A DNA stretch of 64,000 bases from Bugula neritina. Taxonomy: Eukaryota > Animalia > Bryozoa. Both the position numbers and the translations under genes were made by a program. Position 1 is the stretch's first letter; each line of letters begins with the position of its first letter. A model generated the notes under the pieces. It made no database searches. It saw only the letters and a program-made list of their open reading frames with translations, and was not told where the DNA came from. Where the stretch lies: assembly GCA_964035545.1 (NCBI GenBank), contig OZ037768.1, positions 2,264,741 to 2,328,740 on the forward strand, given 5' to 3'. Positions 39,111 through 53,145 of the stretch are shown here, piece after piece.

Positions 39111-39239
39111 ACTATGCTTATGAAAACGATTATCATTATCATTATGATTATGATTATGACTATCAAAATAATTATGATTATCACTTTATGGCCATCTTTA
39201 TGATACCAATATCAAATTTAATATGATTTACAGATTTAG

Positions 39240-39385
39240 ATTATGATAATGATAATCAAAATCATGATGATAATCATTATCATAATGATAATGATAATCA
39301 AAATCATGATGATAATCATTATCATAATGATAATGATAATCAAAATCATGATGATAATCATTATCATAATGATAATGATTATGAT
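39240..39385. repeat. 42-bp repeat x3 built of ATG/ATA/ATC triplets
   Basis: Produces the repeated YHYHYDNDYHHDFD pseudo-ORF. Confidence 0.85.
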
Positions 39386-39997
39386 AACTCGTTATGATAA
39401 TATTGCTCATAATATTAATGATAATCTAAATTACTATTACTATTAGGGTACCTCAAAATTTGGAAATCCTTTAGACTAAAAGAGCTTCAGATTTTGAGGT
39501 AGGCTGCAATAGTTTTTGAGAATTGCAGCATGGTCAAGTCATTTAAAAATTTTAATTTTTCTCAGTTTAGTCAAGAAACTAGAAAACAAGCCAGTGTGAT
39601 GGTTTTAGCTAATAAATTTTAGTCAAGGATATTTAAGTAGTTACCTTGGCTGTGCCTATACTTATATCTAAATATAAAAGTATTTTATGCCTTTTGATTT
39701 AGACTATGTCGAATTGCATTACTATTTCTATTATTCAATTATTTACATTTATATAGTTAATTGTATTTAGTAAACTAATATTTCAAGTATACTTACTTAG
39801 TCGCTTGCTATTGCAGTGTCCAATACTACTGTGTATATTAATGTTAACCAATGTATTTACAAAGTATTACTGTGAGTATCACTAAGTGTCAGTATGAGTA
39901 GGTTTTTGTTGTGATATGGCCTAATTTAAAATTTTAAATGCTTTTATTTCTTTTTGTCATATTTTTGTTTCAGGGTGATAGTTTGACTGTTATAGCT

Positions 39998-42900
39998 ATG
40001 GATGATATTGATTTTGATGTTTCTTCTAAGAAAAAGGTAAGACAGATTTTATATTTTGATAGTTTGTGCTCAGCTATGGCAATGCTAGAAATGTTTTTCA
40101 GCAGCACTTGCCCTGTTGTTATATTTAAGTTGTCTGCAAAATTTTTTGGACAAATTTACCTGCTTCTCACAATTTTTCACTTTCAGGTCGACTTGTAGCA
40201 AGCAAAGTTTATTAATATCCAATCAAAGTTATTTTTTTAGAAATAACTCTTTGCATGTGCAATGATAAAATATTTTTAATTTAAAAGAATGCATATTATA
40301 TGCAAAACCATTATCATGCTGAAGAAACACACAAACGCACATATACACAACTTTAGTACTTGTTTTTTTTCTAAACCAATATATTTGATTTATATAATAT
40401 TTTCCATGTTTCAGCCAAATATTTGAAACTGCTAATTGGACAATTTTTATCAGTAGTTTTCTTCAAAATTTAAAAGGAAATTATATATAAGTGTGTGCGA
40501 AAATGCTCGAGTTTCTTAGACGTATTTATGGCTTTAATAGCATATTTTTTCAAGCATTTGTAAACTGAATTAACTTCTTGCTACTTATCAGTAGCTTGTT
40601 TCTGATTTTTGTTCAACTTGTAGACTTCTGCGAGAAAAGGTAGAAGAGCAAAGGCTGAGGAGTTGGCAGAAGGCAATGAAGGGGAGCCTGAGGGCATGTT
40701 TACCACTCAAAGAGAGGCTAATGTTAGTAACTGCAATGATCTCTAGTCAATATCTATTCTCAGAGTTCACGCCTAGGAGGGTTGCAAATTTTATCATTTA
40801 TATTTTTTTATATTGTTTATTATGTTTATATTATATCGTTTTTTATTTTACTTTATTTAATGTGAAATAGGTTATAAATATTTGTAGGTTCAAGCTCTTT
40901 TCTTAGCAAAGCATATTGGCTCAATTTAACATCATACAATTGAACATTAGTTCTAATGATCTCGCTAGTTATTTATTATTGAGAATTTATTATAGCTGAG
41001 CAAGTAGCCCGGTAGTCAAATGATGTGTCAAATTCAAACTCTATTATAGTTTTAAGCTTTGCTGACTTTTCGTTAGAAGTAGCAATCAAATTTGATATTT
41101 CCATTCCTTTGTTTCATCTGGTGGACAAGCACACCTTATTTCTAAGTCTTTATATCAGTTGTGTTTGTATTTACTAAATGAATCTTGAACAAACCGGAAT
41201 GTGCCTTAAACTAGCTGGTAGTTTATATGCTGGTTCTATTACAGTCATCTAAACCAGCTCGCAGAGTGGGTGGTTGGGGTAATGAGGAGAATGATGATGG
41301 TGATATGAGAAGCAAAGGAAGGAGTGCTCGGAGAAGGGGTGACGCTGTGGAGGAAACTATAGAGTAAGTGTATATTCTACCTAAACTTGTCTAAACTGTT
41401 GCTGTTATGCTGATTTTCATAGTATCTAAGTGTATATTTCACTTTTACTTGTTTACGCTATCGCTGTTGGAAGTGGTACTCCTATGCGGGCTTTTAGTAT
41501 CTGTCAATATTGGCTCTAAAAAAAATTTTTTCATTGCTGGAAGATTTACAATTATCTATTCAATGTATCTAAATGAAAGCAGCTAGAATGATTACACTTT
41601 TTAATGCCATACTTACATTACAGTTTTACTTTGCCTTTTGGCACTAAGATTAAGTTTCCTAAGTCACTATTGTGATGGGAAAACTCCAAAACTATTTGGT
41701 AACCTAATTTCTGTGATTTTTTTCAGCACACAGTTTAGTAAGTTTGAAGATGATGACAATGGATCTGACACAGGTGAGCTCTCTATTGACCTTTGACCTC
41801 TACATCTGTTATCTGCTAGTCATGTGAGATGTCAAGGTTGAACCAACACAGACCTTAGAATTATGCAAACTTTTGAAAGTTGTACAAATTTTAAACCATA
41901 AAAGTTCAGTTATATATACTTTTAAAGTATAAAACTGAGTACATTTACTGCTTTATTTTAAATTTTATCTGAGTTGATAATTTAGATATTCAAGTCTCGC
42001 TTCAAGTTGTGTGATAGTAAAGCTTGAAAATAAATCTCTGGTGTTTATATGATAGGAATTTTTATACCAATTTAATTACTTTGTTTTAATAACATCTTGC
42101 TTGCTTCAGATATTCCAATGATCCCTGATTTGGAAGACTCTAATGTGGAAGATACCAGCAATGATATAGCCATTGCTCCTAGGTACGAGCATTCTTTAAT
42201 ATGGTTATGATCTGACACTTTAATTTTAATCAGGAATTAGCCTTCCTAATAGGACACTTGTGGTACACAGGCTATAATAACTGTAGTGACCACAGGCCAA
42301 TATTTCAACAGACTAAGTTAATTTCAATTTATAGAAAAATTAAATTTGTGGATATAATAGTTCAATAGTGTAATTAGAAGTCAAAAATTATTGCGATATG
42401 CTTTAGAGTTTTGTTTGAATATAACTGATTGAGATGCAATACACGTCTGCTTGTAGTGTCGCAGTGAATAGGGTGACCACCTACAAAGAGCTGGATAGTG
42501 ATCTACAGAAAGCCTCACAGTTTGCCATGCTGGTAAGATCTAACTCTATTAACTACCTTAGTATACTCTTTGATGAATCACTTGGCTGTGGTGTGTCTGT
42601 TGATGAGTCACTTAGATGTGGTGTGTCTGTTGATGAGTCACTTAGCTGTGGTGTGTCTGTTGATGAGTCACTTAGCTGTGGTGTGTCTGTTGATGAGTCA
42701 CTTAGCTGTGGTGTGTCTGTTGATGAGTCACTTAGCTGTGGTGTGTCTGTTGATGAGTCACTTAGCTGTGGTGTGTCTGTTGATGAGTCACTCAGCTGTG
42801 GTGTGTCTGTTGATGAGTCACTTAGCTGTGGTGTGTTTGTTGATGAGTCACTTAGCTGTGGCGTGTTTGTTGATGAGTTACCTAGCTGTGGTGTGTTTGT

Positions 42901-43338
42901 TGTGGTGTTGCAAGTGGTAACAATAGTATAGATTTATATTATAGGAATTAGTTTTTCATATTTATATTATTATTTAGTTTATTCTTGTGTGAAAATTTAC
43001 TCTTGTAGTTTATATAAATCTTTGTTCTTTTACTTTGGCCCAACTTTTAAAAGGGCTGTTGCCAATTTATACATCTTTTGTGTCCTGGTTGCCATAGTGA
43101 CTATAGTTGTCATGTGGTTGCCATGGTTACGTTTCTCACAGCTTTGATGCTATCCTAGGATGGTGAGGTAGACCTCAAGTTGCTGATGCGCCATCTGGTG
43201 GCTGAAGCAGACGTGTGCGAGGAGGACAAGGTCTGGCACTGGGACCACCTGTTCACTGAAGTTTCATCTGAGTTACAAGCTGAATGGGATGCAAATGAAG
43301 TGGAGAACACAACTCTCAGTGAAACAGTGGCCACTTAG
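39998..43338 (+). CDS. IFT43: Intraflagellar transport protein 43 (IFT-A), 210 aa
   Basis: Exons 39998-40036, 40624-40722, 41245-41363, 41727-41773, 42110-42182, 42457-42532, 43159-43338 (633 nt). Motifs [62 protein letters not shown]. Confidence 0.95.
42570..42905. repeat. 30-bp minisatellite (TGATGAGTCACTTAGCTGTGGTGTGTCTGT), ~11 copies, in the last IFT43 intron
   Basis: Exact 30-bp period; explains the [13 protein letters not shown]. Confidence 0.96.
43088..43130 (-). promoter_or_regulatory. Pair of RFX X-box-like motifs in the last IFT43 intron
   Basis: Minus strand GTAACCATGGCAAC (43117-43130) and GTCACTATGGCAAC (43088-43101) both fit GTHNYY-AT-RRNAAC. Confidence 0.55.
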
Positions 43339-46300
43339 TGTAGCAAGCGTGAAATTCAACTTGTATAATTTATCTTTAGTCAGTAAATTATGTAATTTTT
43401 ATGAAAGAGCTTTTTGTATCAATGACATCATCTGAAACAGCAGTTTTGATCTTTTGAATTTGCTTTTGGTAAATACCTAAGCTTAGTTCAGCATTTTTTA
43501 GGGTTGGCAGTGCCCTGTCCCTTTTTGCAAAAATAGTAAATGTGAGTATTCGTTAACTCTTGCTCTGTAATACAGCATTGCACATTACTCTAGTGCTAAG
43601 TCATCTTATCCTTAGTACTCTGTAACTCTGCTATTAGTAGCTAAATTAACACGATTTTTGTGTAGAAGCAATATTCGAATGGTAAGTCTTATGCTATTGC
43701 ATATTTTGTGAGATGATCTTTCTAACCACATCTTGTTTAAACTGTCAATGTATACCAACCTTATGTGATCTCTGAGAAATGGTGGCACCGCCCAATAACT
43801 CCGTCCTTACTTTCAATCATAATTTCATGTCTTGTGTCTCCTGAATTACACTGATGTAAAAGCTCTACTGCTTACACATTATTTTCCTTCTATATTTTTG
43901 CCACCTTTAAGAACGTCAGTCTGAAATAAAAATTTGAAAACCATAACAAAATGCTTGAGTTTTCTAAACTTTAAAAAGAGGATTCAACTCCTGTTGTATA
44001 TTTTTCTTGTGGAAACGTGCAGCAAGTTAAAAACCATTTGAGTGCGGTGCTTCCAAATTTCTTAACATATAATTGGAATATTTTTACGTTACACCATCTG
44101 CAACTGTAGAACAAATTAATGTAGAAACTTGTAGCCAAAACCATGCCCCATACTACAAGGTAAAACTTGAAAACTACAGTGTAGGTCCACCCAAGTTGAA
44201 AATTATCAATTGCAAGACCTAATACTGTAACAAACCTGGTTATGCTAAAGTATATATACATTGTACGAGCAACTTCAACCATTACACTGTGAGTTTTGTT
44301 GTTATGCTCATGGAAGCTTTTGAATGATTCGAAAAGCAATAATCTTGATTTTGGTTTAGAATCTAGATGACCTGAAACCCTCAGATAATAACTAGCATTC
44401 CTTACTCTCATTATTCCCTTGACCCGTCCACTGCTACCAGTAATAACATCAAAGAGAGATTAGTTATAAATCATCACGTCATAAATTAGTAGTTACAAAG
44501 AATTGTTAGCTTCCAAACTATAGAAGTTCATGTAAAGATTATTATATTAAAATGATATCAAAGGAAATTTCTAATGCTGAATCCCTAAACACATTCAAGT
44601 CTAGTTTATAAGGCTTTCAGGTACAACTAAACTTCAATTCGTATAATTTATTAAATCTATTCCGATAACCACTCAATACTGCATCATAGAATCTACTCAG
44701 TTCAATAACAATTAATGTGAATATAAATAATAAGTGCTCATAATTCATAATAGATAATACAGTGTGTACCTATAGTTAAACTCTGCAAATTTTATTTTGA
44801 TCAATATTTTAGAATAGGATTTGAAGAGCCTACGAGCAAGATCATTGTGTAGGCTATATTGTCATACATTTATTGATCACGTTAGACAGTGATGTATAGC
44901 GTAGGAAACTATCAGCTCATTTCAGCTATCCTATAATTGCTGTTCGGTGATATTTGCTAGAAAACAGACAGCGTTTAATATACATGAGACTTTCGCTTCA
45001 CCTGAAAGGTACTTGTGTCTTGAGAATAATTGCTTTCCCACTTGTATAGTCAGAAGAGGTGTTGATAAGAGCTGCTAGTTGAGTCAACCTTACAGTTATA
45101 TTTCAAAGCAGCATTGAGTTACCTGCACACTGAATGTAGGTACTAAAGTAGCGTGCTCAGGACCTTAAATAAGATTATCATGCAGGTAAGTTGAATGAAA
45201 TGCTTATAAGCTAATTCAAGGAACTATATTTTTTGTAATATCATATGTAGAACAGTACTACATAATCTTTAATTCATTCACCTATCATATGTTATTATCA
45301 GCCTGCTATAAAACATACATCTGACGATATTACCATAATGTCGATATCGCCATAATGCATTCTAAATTCTGCACAAAATTTTATTTGCTGTATTGGCTTT
45401 GAAATATAGTTAATTAATAAAACTTTAGGGCAAGTTGTTTTGTAACAAAAGCATTTTCATAGTATAAACCTGTTTAGTTACTTCATTTTTAGATTTTGTT
45501 TATATAAATTAATCGCTGATATTTCAGCAATTTCTTTTTTGGACTGAAGATAGCATGAGTGTTTGCCAACATCTTAAGTGATAGATGAAATAAGATAGCA
45601 AAGTACTACAAATGTTTACTAATAATACAACATTTTATCACAATATTATTATATATTCAATAACATAAAGCAAATAGTAGGAATCTATCGACTCCATTGT
45701 GTTTTCTTATGATATAAATAACTGTTATTCTTATTACCCAATCATTTATAAAATATACACTGCTATAAATTCTTGATTTACAAAATTATGGTAACAAAAG
45801 TTGTATTTTATCCGTGTAGCCTTTTTAAACCATTGTTTACATTTGCAAATATTGACAATTTTATATAAAATATTGTCATATCTAAGTTCAGTCAGTGCCT
45901 CGCTATATGCCATAAATTTTGATAATTTCTGCAGTGTGAGAAGTTTAACTCATTCGAGAAAATTTATTCTTTGTTATGTCTACATTAACACCAGCATCAC
46001 TAACAACGCTTATTGATAAATTTATGTGACTTTAACACTAAATTATTCTTTTTTAGGGCGTGGCTGTGAAAATAGAGAAAACGGTGAGTGAAAATTACCC
46101 ATGATACACACTATATAAGTAGATGCATGCGTTTTTATCTGTGAAATGCTATTTACTGCCTGCATGGGAAATTGCTGCACAAGTAGTAGGTAATATACTT
46201 TGTGCCACACCTATATAAGTGTAATAAATTAATTGTTATTTAATTTATATGAAGCAACATCTCTAATATTACTGTATGACATACTTTGTATCACAAGGGG

Positions 46301-49300
46301 GCAAGTAACATTATTGACTTCGGCTACAATTGCTATATGGAACTGCACAAAAATGAATTAAACTTTAGAATAGGAAATTTGATCAGAGTATAATGTATGA
46401 ACTATAATATATTTTATATCTAGCAATAAAAACACTTAATTTCAGTCAGTATGTGTCTTTCTGCCATATCGCACTGGTTTATCTAGTATTTCAAAAACAT
46501 ATTAGAAGCTAAAAATTTCCTTTTACATTATAGTTATCTCTTTAAACAATATATAGTTTTAAAATATTTGTAATTAATATTGCTGCTGATACAAATTCAA
46601 ATAGAATAGAAATATAATAAGTAAATAATCAAATAATAAGGAAATAAATAATTAGCAAATAAAAAAATAATTAATTAGATATAGCAGTAACTAACACTTC
46701 AATTGCCTAATTTTTATATATACTTTATAAGTTTTGCATCTTGGATATTATCGCTTAGTTTATTTGTACTTTGATTATCATAGCTAAAAGAGTGACTGCT
46801 CCTCACCACTGCCCTTGTTGCTGTATATAATTAGACTGTATCAGGCTGAGACATCAATGTGGTTATCCTATATAGGTTAGACATCATTGCAGAGCCAGAG
46901 TCACCAATACAAGCTTACTTTTTTTATTAAAACTTTATTGAGAATTGTAAAAAATTAGATTACGCCTTATAGAAATTTGCATACACACTATGCATGTATG
47001 AGCCATGCATTATTATAATCGTATTATAATACAAAAATAATAGCATAAGTGACTTATGGCATACGGCACAAACTGCTTTATAATGCGTACAACTAGATTT
47101 ATTTTTTATGTGCATTACAATCCTGCTATGAAATAAAATGAGATTGCATGCATTTATAGAGCAAATGCCCTAAAAATATTGAAGCAATTTATTATAAGGT
47201 ATATCATCAACCTTTACAACTATTTTTTATTCAGTATTTTTCTGTAAAACCTCAATTTTTATACAAATGCATAAATTATGCTAGAGATCATTAGTTTGGC
47301 AACTAGGAAGTTGTGAATAATATTCTTACGTATGTTCCAAATTAATATTTCATATTGTATTACCTACTATTCAGCTGTAATATGATGTATACATAGAAAA
47401 TTCAACCATGCTCTATATTCTGTAATTTGCCATATATATATTAGTACATATTAATGATATGATATGATATGCATTACACGCTTTCAATTGTTGCTTTGAG
47501 TTTTTTATGAATTTTTTATACAGTGAATCTCAGCCTTTTAAATAAAGAAGTGATAATAGAATAATTTAGACTGTGAAATGTGGCATGCATAGACAAGCCA
47601 TACCTGTATAGATATACATGCATATGCCTTCAATGGTTGCCTTGTGCGTTGCATTTCTTTACTGTCTGGTTATTAAGTTTTCATTTTCACTCCAGAATTA
47701 CTATAATAATATTAAGGTGAATGAATGATTGAGATGGTCGAGAAAGACTTTAAATATGTTGAGTAGTTTGGTGAGAATCTGTACACTTTGTATGGGAATG
47801 ATCTGATAACTGAATAGGTGGGAGGGGCTTCTTGCGTCTAGTAAAATGTGGTTTTCTAAAACTCTAAATAGCTAGGCTATCATTACATGTTGCATGCTAT
47901 CCAGCTATTCAACTTCGTGATGTATGATACAGAGTAGGAATATCCATATAAGTAATGTACTATAGCATTCTACTAGGTATGTGTGCATACTAACGATATA
48001 ACAGTAGCAATGCTTTATGGCTGTAACATACTCTAGTGAATTATTTATTCTGTGGGAAACCTCAAGTGTTTTAGCTTATATATAATTTATGCTGCCATAT
48101 TTCAAAACTTTGTGAAGTGCATATTGAAACTGCTGAATGAAAGCTGATTGCCCCTTACAAAGCCTCTTTGCTTGTCGCACCAAAACTCAGTTGATGACAT
48201 AACGGTTGATTAAAACTGATGTGAAAATTTAATATTTTTATTTTTAAAATTAAAAAATTAAAAAATGCTATTGTGTATAAAAATTGTAAAATATATTTTG
48301 CTACTTATTTAAATAGAAGATATAGGGGGGGGGGGGGGGGGTATTTACAATGTAGGTCTGCATCTTTAGGTTCAAGTCACAACGTGATGTGAAGTATCTA
48401 TTACATACTATGCAGTGAGAGTTTATATAGCTAACAGTTTTTTTTGTGGCCACAAAATTCAAGCTTTACCTCAAAGTTGCAAGAGAGGTTGAAACTATGT
48501 TATAAATCATTAGTAGCATATTTGAAAACTTTTAACAAATTGGCCATATCAAACTATTCAATATACAATATATAATTAAATAACACAATAAAATTGAATT
48601 ACATATAAAGCCTCCAATAACAATATAGCACAACATAAATTAATGCAATATAACGTATGACATGGTATAATAAATGTAGTAATGACATAATGACACTTCT
48701 AATCTAAGCTTAGCTCTAATTGGCTCACCACTTGCAAATTGTAAATTATCATATGACTAATCATCTGGTTTTAATTTTGTAAAGTCTATACTAATGCAGC
48801 TCATTTCAAAAGATAGTATTATACTGGGTAATGTGGGTATTATTTTTACATTATTATTGTATTATAATAGCTAAATGTATGTTGGATCATATATGAATAA
48901 TGGCAATTATTATTTATAATTATTTGAGTAATTATGTAATTGAAACTGCATGTGTTTAGAAGTTATCTGCTATTGAAATATATGCAATGCATAACTATTG
49001 CTTCAATAGCTTTATACGTAAAACTTAAACCTTGCTTCTGCTATCATATTTATGGTAATACATATTCAGTCATATTGGTAATATTATACAAATATCACTA
49101 AAGTTGTAAGAAAGGCTCATAAAAAGTTTTTCTTAGTGTGGAATAGAAAATCTCACAGAACTATTTTGGTACTTCAATAGCTAAAGACAGTAAATTATGC
49201 ATGCAGTATGCACTCATTATTTAAGAATATAGTTAAAATAATATACACATTTTATGGAAAATTAATTTTGTTTTAAAATGTATGTAGAGAAATGTTGAAA

Positions 49301-51142
49301 AGATTCGGATATAATATTTTGCAAACGTTAGAAAATCTTTGTCAATTTTAATAAGAGCTTACTGAATTAATAGTGACTCCTAAAGATTTACATAGCAACA
49401 GGCAGTGCCTAGAGTACATTACAAGTATGAAGCATTTTAGTGAATAATGATAATTAAATTGCCACTAACGCAATTACCACAGCTATAAGCAACCTGCTGA
49501 TGAAATCTCTTCACAAGAGGGGAGCAGATTTGTAAAAGAATAGGGGTAGGCGCTTAGCTCAGTGCACTCAACTAAAGATTTAAGATTGATATATTTGCAG
49601 TCTAGTGTAGAGTGTGTATGCTTTAGATTAGGTATATTCATTTACTAAAATATGCATCTTACTGCAAAGCATTTATGCTGAATAATTTCTTTTGAAGTCA
49701 GTTTGCTCAGGATATGTTTACATACTTATCCGCTCTCCTACTGGTTCTAGCGTATTTCAGAGGCAGTGACATCCCTTATTAGTTACACCTATTTTAATTG
49801 GCTGTAATATCTCCATTTGATACTATTGCATCGATGTACATAGTTGTTATGACGTGGACTAAGAGATCATTGGCATAGAATTATAGAAGTCGAGGAGAAA
49901 GTAATAGGTCGGTTAACTCTTGCTGACTCGACATGTACGCGGCCAATCAGCAACAGAAATGGAAGGAGCCAGATGACGACGCTGTAGACTTGGTAACAGT
50001 TAAGAGAGCTCGTAAGGTAAAGGCTATGAGTTTCTGTGTTGGTTGCTTCGAATTTGTTTGAACTACTGTTGAATCAGTTTTAGTTTTTTTTTTGCAATTA
50101 ATACCAAGCAACCAAGCAATAGCTATAATAAATCAAAACATTAATGAGGAGTTAAACCACCACTCAATATTAATTTAACTAGTTTAAATCAATTAAATTA
50201 AAATGTCTAGCTATAGCAATTTTTACTTCACTGCTGGAAGCTATATTGCATGCACCAATTAACGGCACTTAGTAAATCAACTAGGGAATACTCTACTCAG
50301 CTGTAGTAAATAGACTTAGCAAATCTCAAACCAAAGAAATTTTTCTTCTTGAAGTATATGTTTTGCTGTATAACTCCATATCTTGCTCTAAGTTGTGCTG
50401 TATTAGAGTATAATTTATGATAAAAATGTGCCAATATTTTCCTAGTTAAAAAGTTCACTTACACACATGAGTGGCTTGTGGTAACTGCTTGCTGCATGTG
50501 ACTGAATGTAAATTTGAGAACTGCTTTAGAACCTGCATCTACTGTCTCAGACTATAGAGCCTAGTTCTGCTAACTATAAAACAAAGAACTATCTTTTAGA
50601 AGCATTAAGGTATTTTAGCTTTCACTCTGAGAGTACTTGGTGGACGCGTTGCCTTCACTACAGCAATGCTTTTACCGGTAAAGTTTGGTTGGCTACAGGA
50701 ATAACATCCAATAAATTCTACAGTTATAAATATCATACATGTAAAAACTTTTACAAGACAGGCTAAAATATAAATCTTGCAGCGTGGGAAGTTATCCTCA
50801 TTTCAAATAAGGCAAATGCATTGCAAATCCAAACCCAAAGTATAAAATTAGGAACATTCAAGTCATGAGGTGAAAATTTGCATATTTGCATTTGGGAGGT
50901 TTGTAGAATTTAACACAATGGACTACGTCATGTTGATATCTGATAGAAATTGCTAAATTTGTTTTGCATGCTAGTGTTATGTTGTGTATGAATTAAAGCA
51001 ATGTTAGACTACTATATCATTAATGCTAACCAAGCCACAGCTTGCTCAAAAATATTACATGTATAGGTTCTTCAAAAGTTGTCTCAAAATCAGCTAAGAT
51101 TTCTAGAAAGTTTAAATGATCTAGCAGTTGATAAAAAAGATG

Positions 51143-51288
<146 letters not shown>

Positions 51289-52669
51289 TCAGTCTACTAA
51301 TTTGGGTACTGAAGCTAGCCATGTGCTGGAGTGTCCAGTAAAACTAATACTACCTCCAAGTAAGGCAATGCAATATTTTATTTGCACAGAAATGTTTCAC
51401 ATGTATACAAGAAAAACATTGGACTAAGAAAACAAAGGGTGTTCGTGACTAAATTTGTTGTCATTGTGGACAGTGGAATGTTGCATGTGTATAAGATCTT
51501 GTGTAATCTAGCAACAGGCTATGTTATAATATTATGCTATACTATATGAGTCAACCTTTCTCAAGCTGTAAAGTCTAAACTAGAATATACCGATTGCTAA
51601 TGTTATTCATGCAGCATTTCTTTGTGCTGCAATAGAGGTTTTTCTTCGTTGTCAAGTTCATAAGAGTTTGTTATTTATCTTTTAAAACTTGTGTTCAATT
51701 TATAGCAAAAGCAGGTTGTAAGCCTGTACAACTTTTTTCTACAAAAAGACTAAACGTCCTTTAGTTTTTCAATCAAATTATATACTGAATTGTAAGATAC
51801 TACCACCTCTTAGCTATTGTAGCAAATATAAAACAATATAATAAAGCATTGAAGGGAATGCCTTGGTGAAAATAAAAATAACTGTTTAAATTTGCTTTTT
51901 GCTGTCTAGTCTTAGAGCAAGGACAAGTTTTGAATAGTTAACTGAATAAGTTTTGATGAAATAGAGTTGCTCTTGCAGCTTCAGTTTTTGATCCCATTTA
52001 TTCATTTTAAACCAATTAATATTATTAATAAATTTGAGCAGATATAGCATTCGTAGTTATAGAACATCTAGTAATTGTGTTGAATAATAAAAGTTGTTCT
52101 ATCCTTCAAACTAACAACTGTGAATATTTTAAGAGTTGTCTTTCCGAATGAGTTGACTTGTTGCATAAAGTCTTGGAGGCAAACAGAAATATAAAATTAA
52201 TCATATTAACTTTTTCAGCTTCTAGATTCTTCTAACAGCATAACTCTTGGTATTCTGATATCTTTGACCGTCAAGTAAAACTTTGTATCTAAACAATCTA
52301 CATACTCATTAAGCCCATGCAGGAATAATTAGACAAGTTAAAAAGCTCTAAGGTGTAGGTACTATCTTATGCATTGAAATAAAGCAAACAGCTACTTACA
52401 TATAGCTGCTTTATAAGTTTATATTATATCCTGTAATTTTTTTGAAATCAATTTGCAGTCATACAAATCAATAAACAACCAGGCATGTTAGAATATTGAG
52501 TGGAAGCTTCATTGGCTTTGCTCTTAATACTACTTTATATGATTTCTGCATAATTATATAACCTTTTGAAATTGCGAATATCTAGTAACTGTTTGAGTTC
52601 TACTTTATTATGAGCAATAAAACTTTTCTGAAAATAGTTCCTGATAGACAATCGGTTTTGGGAAGTTTG

Positions 52670-53145
52670 CTGAATAATATGATATAATACAATATAATAT
52701 AATATAGGTAATATAACATAATACAATATAATATAATACAATATAATATAATATAATATTATATAATATAACACAATGTAATATAATATAATATGATATA
52801 ATACAATATAATATAAAATAGGTAATATAACATAATATAATATAATATAACATAATATAATATAACATAATACAATATAATATAACATAATATAATATAA
52901 CATGACATAATATAATGTAGTATAACACAATATAGTATAATAAAATATAAAATAATCAACATATATAATATGTATTATATAATATAATATAGCATAATAT
53001 AATATCATGTAATATAATATAACATAATATAATATAAAATAAGTCAACATAACCTAATTTAATATAATATAAGATGATATAGTGTAATAAAATATAATAT
53101 GCTATAATAGAATATATTGTAATACAATATAATATAGTATGAAAT
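52670..53145. repeat. Degenerate (ATATA/ATAAC)n pentanucleotide low-complexity tract
   Basis: 5-bp periodic AT-rich run; a similar tract lies at ~62630-62960. Confidence 0.9.

Noticed and set aside
42533-42931. Extension of the IFT43 ORF with [10 protein letters not shown] repeats
   Set aside because: Read-through past a strong GTAAGA donor into a 30-bp repeat; the conserved IFT43 C-terminus is in exon 43159-43338.
43971-44411. 146-aa minus-strand ORF
   Set aside because: No recognisable domain, AT-rich composition and no convincing exon structure; a decayed transposon cannot be excluded without a search.
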